Assembly (NCBI GenBank): GCA_040954595.2
Contig: CM082585.2
Coordinates: forward strand, 448,814-512,813
Source of the DNA: Balanoglossus misakiensis
Lineage: Eukaryota > Animalia > Hemichordata
DNA length: 64,000 nucleotides
Reading direction: 5' to 3'
Each line of letters starts with the position of its first letter. Position 1 is the first letter of the stretch. The position numbers and the translations under genes are program-made. Below, piece after piece: positions 38,899-52,338 of the stretch. The notes beneath the pieces were generated by a model, which saw only the letters and a program-made list of their open reading frames with translations, searched no databases and was not told where the DNA came from.

Positions 38899-40220
38899 AA
38901 TGCGACGTCGACGGGATCACCTTCCATGACACAGCCCCCACCACCGCACAAACGCCCGACAGCCAGTTTTGGCTTATTCACGTGATGTCCGGTGCTACAT
39001 GCATGTCATCGGCCGACAACTTTGTTTGGCCGGTTTATTATGTGACTTGATCACGCGACAGACGTCATTTGTATCAAAACCTTATTACAACTGCCCTGAT
39101 TAGTTGATAAAAAGTTGCAGCTGGCCGGCCGACTTCTTCCTCAAAATAAACATACGTTATGAACGAGGATATATGGGCAAAGGTCAGTGTGACGTCATGA
39201 GATTCGACTCTGGAACTCACGCGATGGATTTTGCCTGGTCGATGTACGTACGGCTACAATACAAATATTTCAAAGGTGGGTAATTTTTAACAATATTGTG
39301 TCCGTGTTTACGAGGTATTAAGAATTGTTGGCAAGTGCCTCTCAGAAAACTGGTCTTTTAAATATTGTCTTCGCAAAAAACGACAACATTTATCAACAAC
39401 ATTTCCTCCGCACGCGGTTTGACTTTGAAACAGGCCTGGGCAGGCAGGAGCCGTTCACGATGTTTAATGTGTGTAATCGCGATCCTGTAATGGTTTTTGA
39501 CTGTAGAAATATCCACAGACGCCGGCATCAATGTTGCGAAAACAGGGTTATGACTACAGTAAATAATGGAAATATGTACCTTCGTGCGTTTGAAGACGGA
39601 ATTAGAAATAATCGACATAATATTTAATTTCTCATGTGCACTCTTCACCCGGCCGGGGCTGATGCGACTGTGTAAAAATATGTGTAAACTAAGTCAGTGT
39701 TGATTCTGTCCGGGTCATTATTCTAATGTATTTATTTTGAATTAACTTGTGTACATTCAGGTAATCGTATGGATATGTATGGAAATACACATTAATTCAA
39801 GACAGTTATATCCCAGAAGTCGAACCTTCATGTGTGTATTCAGTGAAAGGAACTCACAACATTATGTGATTTGATTTGTGTATGTGCTTGGGATCCAATC
39901 ATGCTGTTGAGATTGCCTGGAAACTTGGGTTGCATGGCGTTTCAGTGAGTATCATTTATGCTTTATGATGTTTTGCCGTATAATTTGTGGGTCATTTCAA
40001 GTACTAGTAAGTGATGATCAAATTTTACAGTTACTCTGAGGTAACCATTTAAAACACGAATTATACCAAATAAATGAATTTGCTTAGAATTCCAAACTGT
40101 GGGAGAGTTTGCATAATTTTTCGTATGCAATTTTCTGATGGCAATGTATTTGACTGTAAACAAATATTGTCTTCCATTCGTAGCGCTATTTTGTCAGTGA
40201 AATGGCTTCATCATTATCCC

Positions 40221-40616
40221 TAGTCTCGGTTACCTAGACCCCCCTGCTTCTTCTGTTGGGCACTCCAGAAAGAGGGTCTGGGGAAACCCCATAGACAAAT
40301 CTCCTGGCAAAGATGGCCGACTTGAGACAAAAGCGATGCATGATGGTCGATATTTATAACATTTGATATTATGATATGACAAAATTAGAAAACTATTTAC
40401 CAAACTTCTCTCTCTCTTTTCAATTTGCAGACAGTTTTAGCAGGTCTAGCACTTCTCAGCATGTTTTTTATGTTTGGGGCTGCAGCAACCATCATGCATC
40501 GGTCATGCATCATGCATCGGCCATCTTTGCCCGGAGATTTGTCTATGGGGTTTCCCCAGACCTTCTTTCTGGAGTGCCCAACGGAAGAAGCAGGGGGGTC
40601 TAGGTAACCGAGACTA
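40221..40616. mobile_element. AcademH-type MITE, longer 396-bp copy
   Basis: TAGTCTCGG...CCGAGACTA with 9-bp TSD CATTATCCC. Confidence 0.88.
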
Positions 40617-43600
40617 CATTATCCCCCAACCAAAGTTGGAACAGAGTTAAATATGCACAGCTTGAAATTGTAAAATGTTGCAAAATTGAGCCAACAGTTC
40701 GGTCAACAATCACGTTCTTACAGCTATTATTAGAACCAGACTGTCTCAGGGAACAAGAGACATAGGCCTGATTTGCAAGCCGAGTTGGAAATGACTTTGC
40801 CTGCCCACGGACCTACCAATTTCAGTGAATCTTATTTTATTTAAATATGAAAATGGAGAACTATCCTCTGTTTTCTGATTGTTAGCCTGCATACATCATT
40901 ATATGTACCTTAAGTGATTCCGGTTTATTTCATATCCTGTGAATGGGAATTTAGTTACCAAAACCGGCGTTTCTCACAGTGCAAAGACCTAATCCACTGG
41001 GCAACCGGGTCTGTCAAATTGATCTGATGCCTCTTCCTGGCCGAAGGATCACCAGTTGTATTTTCACATTGCATATAAATAGAAACCCAATTAAATTATG
41101 CCATATGATTTTATTGACAATTAAAAGTTTCATAACTGTTAGTGTTAATTACAATACCTAAATTTCCAAATGTAAGAATGCTGTAAGTTTTCATGTGATT
41201 GATATTAATTATACATTTTCAAAATTTGCTTCTCTGAATTTTCACGTCTTGTCAGCCCAATTGGGCTGGTGAATATACACAAATAAATCTTTAAAACATA
41301 CTGTAAAATCATTATTCTATTGTACAAAAATATTTAGAAAGAAAGATTTTTTTTTATTTTATCCAATATATAATCGGCCGTCAACGCACTAGCAGGGTTA
41401 CGTGATTCAAAAATGCATGCGAAACTAAATTTCATTGAACTACTGACTCAGTGATTGATATGTAAATTAGGAGCAGCCAATAAGCACGCATTGGTGAACC
41501 CGACCTGACCCCGTCCACCGTACTCCATGCCCAGGCCATATGTTCACTGCGTAAGTGTGTCTAAATATAGCTCGGTTACATTTGCATAAATTACAGCTTT
41601 GTTCATGTTCTTCTGAACTTTGTCTGATAGAATAAACATGACTCTTATAAAAGTTTGAGTTTACAAAAATTTAGAAGAAAGTTTGTACTCAGTGTGCCAT
41701 CGAAGTGGGAAAGGAAAGATAATAACACTGTCCGGAGTCTACTACCTCCATGATGAACCAGAGAGCAATGACTATTTTAATTTATTTCAAATACTATGTT
41801 TACAACTGCTACATGTATGCTCCCATTAACTGGGGAAATGAAATGATTGAACTGTCTGTTTATGTGATCCGGATTTTGTGATTTTCTGATAGATTGATAG
41901 TTTTCTGATAGTTTATGGACGACGCTGTTCTTCCAATGACTGTCCAGTACGTATTTGCACAATGTGAACCTTGACCAGATGTACAGCACCCTCATGAAGC
42001 AAAGAGGTACAACCGTTCTCTTTGGTAACTTGGCTGCTATGAGTAGGTTGGTAAATTTTTGTCGCTCTTTGAAATCGCTCATAAAAGTGTTCAATTGTTG
42101 ACATCCACTTCTATTATTGAGATGAAATGATGCATTAGTCTCTCAAGAACAGTCAACTGTAATAATTTGGAAGAGTGTTTAACGTTTTTGTGAGTTTTTT
42201 GAGCTTTTATTCAGAGTTGATGTAAGTACAATGAACAGTCACATGTGTTACAGTGTACTGCCATGGTCAAACAATACTTGGACATTTAGTTATTATCGCC
42301 TGTTGGAAATTTCTCTCGTAACTTCTACTGGTGCACCGATTTTTTTTTCTTTTAACATGCATTTCTTATACATTGCACTACTGGTGCGAATTGGTATAAC
42401 AATACAGTGAATTGCATCACCAATATAGCAGTATAACACAGGATACAAAATCTAAGATGTCTTAGGATGTTTTTGAACTAATCAGTAACCATTTTCTAAA
42501 AATTATAGATCTGAAACTAAAATTCAGAATTTGGTCAGCCCTGGGAAATATATTGTGTGAAGCCATTTATGTGTGTGGGGCCATTTTTTATACTAAATTT
42601 AAAATGGTAATTAGAGCCCTTGGTAGAAGTTCTGCACTGAAAAAAGTGTGAACTTGGCATGGGCAGGTAAAAGAATTGTTGGTAAATCATTTAGCAAATT
42701 CCTGAATGATTGCATAACTGGCTACGTTTTGAAGAGACCAGCTGTTCTATTTAGTATATGTACAGTACATATGCCATTGGCAGCTTATGGGTTAGTCAGT
42801 GCTTGCCCATTGATCTCTCGCTATGTGTGTGTGTCTGTCTGTATATGGCCATGTACTCTGGTGTAGACTTTTTCTTGTGTAATCACTCAATGGGACCACC
42901 ATGTCCTTGACGCGATTTTTGCCATTTTTGGTCAAAAATCAGTTTCTCTGAGACTTCCTGTCAGATTGCTTTTAAATTTTGGTATTCTTGTTCCAAGTGG
43001 TAACCCTCGTAATGTTGCATCATTTTGGTGAAATTTGTACATTTGTGGTCTTGAAGCAATTTTTGCAATTTATATTCTTTGAAACCACTTGTTCCTTGTG
43101 GTGATTGAAGTAAGATATTGTACAATTTGTTGATATTGAATTTTTGTGGTTTGAGGCAGTTTTTGTCATTGTTGAACACATATTATTTTCGCTGAAAATA
43201 CTTGTCAGATTCCTTTGAAATTTTATTACAGTAGGTCATATCTGCTTGCCAATGTCACTTGTGATTTTTTTTTCGTGTACACACCTGATTTTGCGTAATC
43301 CCCAGATGGGTCCACAGTGTGTTATAACGTGACCAATATTTACTGGTAAATCCTGTATGTTCTACTTCTGGCAACTTTGAAATATGTTGATGTTTGGGTT
43401 AAATGAGATTCTTCACAAACATACAATACAGAGTGTGTGGTACAGTCCATGGTCACATTCAGAACTATCTAGTCTATATCTGTATGCTTTGCTTCCAAAA
43501 CTAACACCTAGAGCCATGCATACCATTGGCCAAATAAACTGGAACCCCTAGCTGGGAATAGTGATGTAAGTAGTGTCCCTTTGAAGTCAATCACATAAAC

Positions 43601-43980
43601 TGAACAGTGTTGATTAAGTGTAAGATAAAAAAAATAGATTATAGTGAAGGCAGGGCTTATAACATTGAAAATGCTACCAGCCTTAATTACACATATCCTT
43701 TGTATAATCATTGGAAAAACAATGTACCATAGACTTGCATAGCACTGTGATGGTGAATCACAAATAGCCACTTTCATTACATTACATCAATCAGTCGATT
43801 AGCTATAATAAGATAAATATTCCCACTGTAATTAACATCACTGTTGTTATTAGTATCTATTGCCAATCAGTATTAATTATGCCATTATGTTATTTTAAGT
43901 CAATTGTCAAGGTTCATGTACATATCTTACAACTTAACTATCTTGTCAAAAACTTCCACTTGAATATGTACCAAATTCTA

Positions 43981-45181
43981 GGCTCACCAGTAGGGTTAGA
44001 GATAAAGTGTTTTATATTAACATGCATTAATATGAAACTAGAATTTGATGGTTAATTTAGGACTCCCTTGATCTATGGTGACCTCATTAAATGTGTGCAT
44101 ATCTAATTCTAGGCTATCCATTGGAGGTAGAAACCTGGACATGGCCAACTTTGGGGTCAAAATCTTTTGACACACTTTTGGGTAATCTTGGGTAAACTTT
44201 GCCCTACATTCCTATATTTTGGGATCCGGAGCAGATATATCCTTGACACTTGGACTGATGGAACTATGTAATGGACTATTATGTCTTACCTCATTAATTT
44301 TGTGCATACCTAATGCCAGGCTAACCAATATGGCTGAAAGTCTGGCTTTTGTTTGACATAATGAATTTGAGATCAGCATTTTTCTACAGCAGCCATGTTT
44401 CACTTACGAAAGGATGGAAAATATAAAGGCTTGCATGGTAGACTGAACTGTTTACTTCCCTTCCCTGAGACTGTGTGCCAATGACGGGATAGCCTACTCA
44501 GCGTTGGGTAGATCCTAAGAAGGCCTCAGCCAGGTTTCAAATAAAAAGAAAGCGGAAATAGCTTGAATGGTGGGTTACATCGTTAACTTCCCTGCAGAGC
44601 TGATTTCTCAGACTGTGAGCCAATGACGGGTAAAGCCTCTAGGTAGGGGCCACCTAAGACAGGCCAGTCATGCTTTAATTACAAAGAAGGGCAAGTTCAG
44701 TCTTACCACAACTTTGTCTGCTGTATATGCTTCATAAAGATTGCATAGTATTTTGAGAACACATTGTGTGACCAGGTAAAAAGTACTGGCAAACACAGCC
44801 ATAGTGGTATGAAAAAACATCTAATGTGGCTTAATAAAAGACATATAAAACACAGCAAAAGCACTGTGACTAAAAGAGACATAATACTCAATTACATAGT
44901 TCCATCACTCCAAATGTCAAGGATGTATCAGCTTTGGATGCCAAGATATGGGAATGTATGTCAAAGTTTACCCAGATCACCCAAAATTTTGTCGACAACT
45001 TTTGACGCCAAAGTTGTCCATGTCTAGGGATCTACCTCAACTGGATAGCCCAGAATTAGATATGCACATATTTAATAATGTTACCATAGATCAAGGCAGT
45101 CCTAAATTAACCATCAAATTCTAGTTTCATGTTAATTCATGTTAATATGAAACACTGTATCTCTAACCCTTCTGGTAAGCC
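43981..45181. mobile_element. ~1.2-kb foldback-type element with >200-bp imperfect TIRs
   Basis: ggctcaccagtagggttagaga... vs ...tctctaacccttctggtaagcc; arms ~43981-44200 and ~44960-45181; no clear TSD. Confidence 0.6.
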
Positions 45182-46819
45182 ATTCGGTCTTTCATACTAC
45201 CCAATATGGGAGTGTAGGTAAAAAGTCACCGCAAGGTCATTTGTAATTTTGCTTACAGAAATCTGGTCCCTGACATTTGGTAAAGGGGTCGAGAATTGTT
45301 GTCCCAGAGTAGAACATATTCTTGAAAAAAACTTTGAGGGGTAGAAGGAAGTTTTTCATTTTAAACTTAAGTGCTTCAAATAGTAGAGAGGTTCTCATGT
45401 TATTTCAATAAAACCTTAAATGTCATCATTATATCTTTAGACTCAAACTCAAAGTTGCCAATCTTTCATTATTTTCATGGTTTAACTTTTGATCTTAGAT
45501 TGATCCATCTAAATAGGCTTACTGATATATAAACATGAACATGTTATTGACAAATGAATGTGGCTGTATGTAAGTAAGTTAGATATTAATCAACCCCCAT
45601 ATGAAGGGTACACAACTATTGTGGTATGCATCGGCAAAAGATGACAAACCCATGCACATACAAGCAATATGGCTCAGTGGGAAATATTTTACCGAGGAAA
45701 GAGATTTGTAAAATTTGGCAGCTTGTGAGGCTGTAGTTTTAAAATCTTTGATATGTGTTTTTACTCTTTGGGTCCCATTTCGTATACCATTGGGGGACCC
45801 AAGTGAAATTGGTCAAAACTCTGAAACACAAGAAGGTGCTGGTCAGATTGCTTTAGAAATTGGTGTGTACATTGTATTTTATTGAGACCTTATACAGATT
45901 ATTTTCATTTTTTAATGTATACTTTTGGAGCGATTTTTGCCTTTTGGTCAAATACTCTGAAACCTTTACCCATATTTTTTTGAAATTTGGTTTCCAGGTT
46001 CCTAGGTGTGTTTTCAAGACTTTTAAGCAAACCCTATGATGAAAGTGTTGATTTTTTTTTTTTGGCAAATTTTGCCATTTTTGGCTCCGAAGTGTAAAGA
46101 GGAGACTATCGAATTGGGTAAAACCGTATGAGCTACTACTTCCTTCCGTCAACAACCTGTCAAGAATGCATACCATTTTCTGGTAGGGGTGTGTAGCTTT
46201 ATGTTTTTGGCGGTGGTGTGTAGCTTTGAGGTGTTGAGGAAGAATTGGAAAAGTGACAGAAATCGGAACGGATTAGCCAGTAGTGTTTTCGCTACCCCCA
46301 CGCCAAATCACAAATGCAAGAAAAAAGTTGCGAGCCGATTTTCATACATATTAGCCAAACTTGCAAAGCACTGCTATCTTACATCGTCGTTTGTTTTGCC
46401 ATGATCAACATGCCATGATCAGTGCACTACAACGCATGAAAGTGGACGGTTGTTCTGTTCATTGATCATCACCCCCCCCCCCCCCTGTATCATGAACATC
46501 GCAAGGCAATGCATTGAATTCAGCTCTTCCAGCTAGTGGTCGCACTCGCTTGATTTCCTGCGTGTGTCTCTGGGGACGCAAAGAATGCATATGCGTCTTT
46601 TCCTTATTTGCATATTTCGAATGGAAACGCGTCAGGTGTAAAGGTTGTTTTGGAAGTTTCTTTATAGAACCACTAGTGTTAGTCTGTGGGCCCAACCAGC
46701 AAAAAAAGTTCTAGAAATGTCATTATGTTGTAAAGGAGTTTTGTACTACATGAAATTAGCTGGAAATGACGGGTGGTAAACTATTGATGTGAAATCAGGT
46801 CACTTCTATTGAAAATGAT

Positions 46820-47256
46820 GGACCAGAGAGCAAATGACTATTTTAATTCATTTCATATACTATGTTCACAACTGCTACGCTCCCAGCAACTGGGGAAACT
46901 AAATGATTGAACTTTCTGTTTGATCAATGCATGTATTTTTTTGCTAAAACCTGCACTACTATGGTCAGAACATGACATTATATACTTGAAAATGGAGAAT
47001 TTTTTATCAAAACAGTTCAGCTGATCTTGAATGCTGTCTGATATTTTTTTCAAAATGTATTTCTTTCACTTTTAGACTACTACTTCTACTTAACTTGCAC
47101 TGTTTTTTTTCAAAACACATTTCTCATAGCTTGCACTGGTGCAATTTGATATAACAATACACAATGAATTTCATCAGTATAACATAAGGTACAAACGAAG
47201 CCATTTGTGTGTGCGGGCCATTTTTAAGACTAAATTTAAAACAGTTATTAGAGCCC
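46820..47256. repeat. Old diverged copy of right-arm sequence (~41755-41860 and ~42370-42620)
   Basis: Shared blocks ccagagagca(a)atgactattttaatt and aagccattt.tgtgtg.gggccattttt...ttagagccct. Confidence 0.7.
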
Positions 47257-48559
47257 TTTGCTAGTGGTTTTCCCCCTACCAAGCACCCACCTTATCAGGC
47301 TGCATTCAATATTACATGAGCAAAAAGTTCAGCATTTCACCTTGGTGTTTGCAAATTGTTCCTTTCAACTATATACCAAACCACTGTTCTCCAAACATGC
47401 TGCTCATCATCCACTACACCCTGAGAGAACACAAACTGTCCTTGACGCTATTTTCTGTGATTGCTTCAATATTGTTTGCAGTTTCAAGGGGAATTCTTAC
47501 TGTGATATATGAAAAGTCAGCTGAAATTGTTGCATTTTGGGGACATGCTTTCGAATTTTGATAAAAAAATCTTTTTCTCAGAACATGCATGACTGATAAA
47601 TTTAAAATTTTAGTTGTAAGTAATAGATACATGTATGTTCTTCATATAAATTATAATGGAATCAAATCATAGCTCAATTTAATTTTTTTATTATGTTAGA
47701 TGTATTATCTTATACCACAAATATTTTATAAAAAAAGTGAAATAACCCTTACATTGTTCTTTGCAATTTAGGAGGAACCCCCCCCCCCCCACTGAAAATT
47801 GTATACACATTGACCTCTCTATGACTGTATACATGCCAATGTGTATGTTTTAAAAATTTATGGTCCTGATAAGAGTGAAATGATTTTTACGTAATACTTG
47901 CTAAATGGATTATCTCCTATGAGATGTGCAATCTTATTACCTAATTGTTTCTGACATTTTGCCTCTTATGCCTAATATATGTCATTTTCAAGATCCCCAA
48001 AACAAGCTGATATAACTTAACAATGGATAAAAATATTCCAAACAGTGTAGCCATTTGTTCAAAACATAAAATGTGAGTGATATATACTACAAAGAATGTA
48101 CAAGTTTGCATATTTTTTATCATGTTTTCCTCAATAATTGTACTGTTTCTGTAGATATCAGAGGTTTAATGTCATTCAAATAAATGTAGTGCATATCACA
48201 TTTTAATTTAAGCCATCATGTGCTAATGTGGCAGCCATGGCCCACTGTCGTCATGAATTGAAATTCACACGTGCTTTACCAGCCTCACGAACTGTGTTGA
48301 ACTGGCACACTGCAAATTTTGAAAATATGTTATTGATCACAATCACACGCACACTGACAGCATCCTTATTGAAGAATTTAACAGGATTTATATTTGAACG
48401 CAAAGTATAAAATTCCTTTGTGCCGTAGAAATGAAAATCTGCATTTTGTGGTCCTTCTGCTGGTGAGAAGCAACGGATAAATTCAGCATGCTCATCGCCC
48501 AGGAAATTTAGGTGTACAGAAAAAAAAAACTAGAATGACAACAGCTATGCATGCAGCTA

Positions 48560-48903
48560 TGCAGGCTAACAATAGAAACACAGAGAACAGTTCTCCATAT
48601 TCGTTTTTAATACGATAAGATTCACTGAAATTGGCGGGTCCGTGGGCAGGCAAAGTCATTTCCAACTCGGCTTGCAAATCAGACCCATGTCTCTTGTTCC
48701 CTGATACTGTCTGCTTCTAATAATAGCAATAAGAACTTGACTGTTGTCCGAACTTTTGGTTCAATTTCGCAACATTTTATGATTTCAAGCAGTGCATATT
48801 TAACTCTGTTTCAACTTTGGTTGGATGGATAATGATGAAGCCATTTCACTGACAAAATAACGCTACGAATGGACGTCAATATTTGTTTACAGGCAAATAC
48901 ATT
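48560..48903. repeat. Old diverged copy of left-arm ~4140-4722, continuing at ~50268-50427 and ~52102-52150
   Basis: Shared gattcactgaaattgg..ggtccgtgggcaggcaaagtcatttccaactcggcttgcaaatcag; lacks the AcademH MITE. Confidence 0.8.
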
Positions 48904-50267
48904 ATTGTTAATGTTTATTTCAGATAAAAAATAATCCATAGGAGGTAAACAAGAAAAAAAATACTTCTAGTTAAAATAGTCTTTGACACCAAACATTCCA
49001 TAATAAAATTTTTGAAAAAATAGACTTGGGCAGTACAGAAGACACGATCAAAGTACTAGAAAGCTGAAACCTGCTCATTAAACTATATGACTTTTTTTCC
49101 TTAAGTATCTCATCAAGAGTTAAAACATTTAGATTATCAAGCAATAAAGTATTACTTTGAACATGACTATGTTCGAAACCTGTTAATTTACGAAATATCA
49201 GAGAATATGCTGTTCTAGCGGTATAAAACATTTTCATAGAAAAATTACACCACTAATGAGAATTGAACAGAATGTCACAAAAAACTGAAATTATATTATA
49301 CCAGTATATTGATGGTGTAAATCACGCTATTTGATTGGTCGAGACACGACACGTGACCGTGATATATTAGCCATATACCACAGTCATATATCATAGTCAA
49401 AGAAAATGCCTTTTTAAAATGTTTTATGCAAAGTTTCAATATACTGGCATAATATAATAGCAATAAAACACCCCCAGCCATGGTATACCACTCGATTTTG
49501 ACCAGTTCAACTCCATGTCGTGAACTGGTCAAAATCTCGTGGTATACCATGGCTGGGGGTGTTTTATTGCTTAAATATATGACATTTGACCGATAAAGAT
49601 GCAAATTTATAATCACAAAGGATAGCGTTTCCCCCCTAAAGTATAAAAAACAACTCTGAGCTTGAATATCCTCATTATCTTTAAGGTTTCAAGATATTAA
49701 ATGACCAAGATATTTGTAAACATTAACATAACTCAGTAGTCTACCATTTAAATAAATTGGAACTGTTTTAAGTTACCTAACACTGGGTTGAATTAGCATA
49801 AACACCGTCTTTTTCTCATTGAAAAGTATCGCATTTATACTGCCTTAACGACCACAGCAATTAACTAACATTTGGTGACCGTAGGCTCCAGTAGAGAAAA
49901 TAACTATATCGAAATGTTTCAACCTGTAATCGCCAAGAAGACATCTGAACTGAAGTTTTGATAAATTCCTACTGAAATCATCTAAGTACACTGTGAAAAA
50001 ATTGGAGATGAAATTCCGCCCTGTTTAACATCTTTTTTAGACTAGAATGGTGCAGTATAGATCCGTTCCATTTAACAACAAAATCTTGAAAAGTCTAACA
50101 CTTTAAGACGTTCATAAAAGTAACAAAAACATGCGTGTTATGATGTTTATAATAACTCAGAATTTCCTACAATACAAAAATGGCTAAATCAGTACAATGT
50201 TCTGGTTAAAAACCAAATTGATGATTCGTAGAAGAGAGACAATCCATAAAGTTTAGAGGCCGTTGTT
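48904..50267 (-). mobile_element. Old degraded LINE 3' fragment
   Basis: Interrupts the paralogous block between imperfect 11-bp repeats gcaaatacatt/gcaaatgcatt; minus-strand AATAAA and AT-rich tail; RT-distal-like remnants NEKKTVFMLI and RKLTG...LNVLTL. Confidence 0.5.
49296..49574. mobile_element. Short Crypton-like non-autonomous element with ~50-bp stem hairpin (49457-49573)
   Basis: ttata...tgattggtcgaga start; taagcaataaaacacccccagccatggtatacca / tggtataccatggctgggggtgttttattgctta. Confidence 0.55.
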
Positions 50268-50427
50268 GCAAATGCATTGCCATCAGAAAAATACACATTT
50301 TTGTATAACTGCAAGATCTCGCACAGCTGTGAAATTCTAAGGAAATTCATTCATTGGATAAAATTTGTAGTTTATGGATTGTTAAACAATCTTAGTCATG
50401 AAACCTAAATGGTTACCTCAGCAAAAC

Positions 50428-52101
50428 TATGGCAAGCCAAGTGTTGCAAATTTCAATAAAACCATTTTTGTGTTCATGAAGACCATGTTTGTGTTCAATA
50501 AAACCATGTTTATGTTGATACACTTTTTCAACACTAGATGGCGCTCTGCAATATTTCAAGCATACACCTTTTTGACTCTAGCTGGCGCTCTGCAATATTT
50601 CAAGCAGACGATGCTGAGTGGGATTTGCCTTTGGATTCAGATACGTTTTATTGTTGAAAAATGTCACACATTTTATTTAGAGGTTGATCAATTGCATTCG
50701 TCTTTAAGCAGGAAACATTTGTTTTGTAGCCAAAACTGAGAGTTGTCCGAAATTGGATAAGGCATTTGAGTAAACATTCAGGATCGTTTATAGTGGCTAG
50801 AGTAAAAATGCTGGTTTATAGAAATTGTTGTCAAGGGGAGTTGTTGGGCTACATAAGTGCAGCAAGGTGGGTTACTGTGCCAAACCACTCTACTAAGCCA
50901 ATTTCCTGGTGCAATTGATATATTATTTATACAAGCCTGTGCTTATGGCCACATGCATCTCTGACTACAGCAGAGCCTGTGCTTAGGGACCGTATAGTTT
51001 TTAGGGGGGGGGGGGTCAGTAAAATCCTAGCGGGGTCACATAAATTTTGACATCCAATAGGGTGGGGGCTCATGTTTTTTTTAAACGTTTGGGGGTCACA
51101 TGCTTTTGCCCCCTTTGGTTTTGAGTCCACAAAAATGCAGTTTCGAGCCCTTTATTTTACAGATTTTTCTATACCCTCCTCCTTCATTCTCCACCACATT
51201 TATTAGCTGGGTTATCTAGCGTACCAGGGCAGAGTACTTGCCACCGCACCCCCACGGATTCTAACATTGAGTTGATTTGTTTTTGAGTTCCTTAAAATAC
51301 AACTTTGAGCTCCGTATTGTACACCCCTTCCCACACCCACTCCTTCACTTCTTTTGTTTTACAATCTGTGTTTGAACATATTTTTCTCAAGTCATTAATA
51401 TTGCAGAAATTGTTTTCCTCTATACCATCTGCCAGCATTTTTCTCTCCAAAAGTCCCCTATCCCCATCATTGCATGGGGCTATGGGGCTAAATATGTACA
51501 TGTATTAATAATAGATAAAATTCAGACCATGCTACTGTATAGAGGGTTATTTATAATTACAGTTTTCATGTTTTTGCTACATTTTATGTAAGTGTACCTC
51601 TGTAATTACTCAGCATTCTTAGTAATATGTACCCTTATATTGTCCACTTTGCCAACGCCTAGCCATGTCACTGATACAACAAAGCCCTATACCCATTGCT
51701 TGGAAGTGTGATCTAACTGGTATCCCCTTGAAGTCAATCTCAAATTTTGTTTATCCAATGAGTGGACACAGAATATATATGGTTAACTTTAAGAAAGGAT
51801 TGGTAACATTTCAAATCATAAGCCATGTTTTCTTTATGATACAGACACAGTCCTCAGGATGTTGGGGTCCATGTGACCCCTTCCTAAAGGGGCCCCGCCA
51901 CCACTATGCATTATAGGCAAAGGGCATTGCAGAGCGCCATCTTGTGACAAATGGTGTTCATGAACACAAAAATGTACTATTCGTTTTTGACACAAACATG
52001 TTTTTTTATGAACACAAACATGCTTTTTTTATGAACACAAACATGCTTTTCATGGACACACAAATGGTTTTATTGAATTTTGCAACACTTGGCTTGCCAT
52101 A
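50428..52101. mobile_element. IS3EU-like non-autonomous TIR element
   Basis: TATGGCAAGCCAAGTGTTGCAAA...TTTGCAACACTTGGCTTGCCATA; near-TSD CAAAAC/TAAAAC (6 bp); subterminal tgtgttcat repeats; flanks rejoin into sequence paralogous to ~4820-4880. Confidence 0.7.
50986..51360. mobile_element. Truncated Harbinger-type MITE
   Basis: tta|GGGACCGT start and interior similar to 53140-54290; right end not found. Confidence 0.5.
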
Positions 52102-52338
52102 TAAAACTGTGTTAAATTTCGTCATCAATTGCTTGAAATCACACAGGACATCCCCAGAGCTAAGTTACCCATGCAGAAGTCAGTTGCATCTCAGCTTGCA
52201 AATTGGGACTAAGTCATGTCTTCATTGGGACTGTCTGCAGTCTCGTTCACAGTCCTTTGTGCTCATTTGTGAACTTAGAAATGTTCTTTCCTTTGAATAA
52301 ATATGGGCCACTAGAACAATTTCAGCTTATTTGCCAAT

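Larger units (their letters stand above)
23154..45029. repeat. Right arm of giant inverted duplication
   Basis: Reverse complement of 1-21266 with scattered SNPs and a few indels; inner end 23154 (tagtgcagg) pairs with 21266. Confidence 0.98.

Noticed and set aside
1-45029. Palindrome as a fold-back sequencing or amplification chimera
   Set aside because: The arms differ by a TSD-flanked retro-insertion, several indels and SNPs, and enclose a unique spacer. A haplotype misjoin cannot be excluded without reads.
45850-46260. Possible Helentron/DINE-like non-autonomous element
   Set aside because: Only a vague resemblance; no confident termini or second copy in the window.
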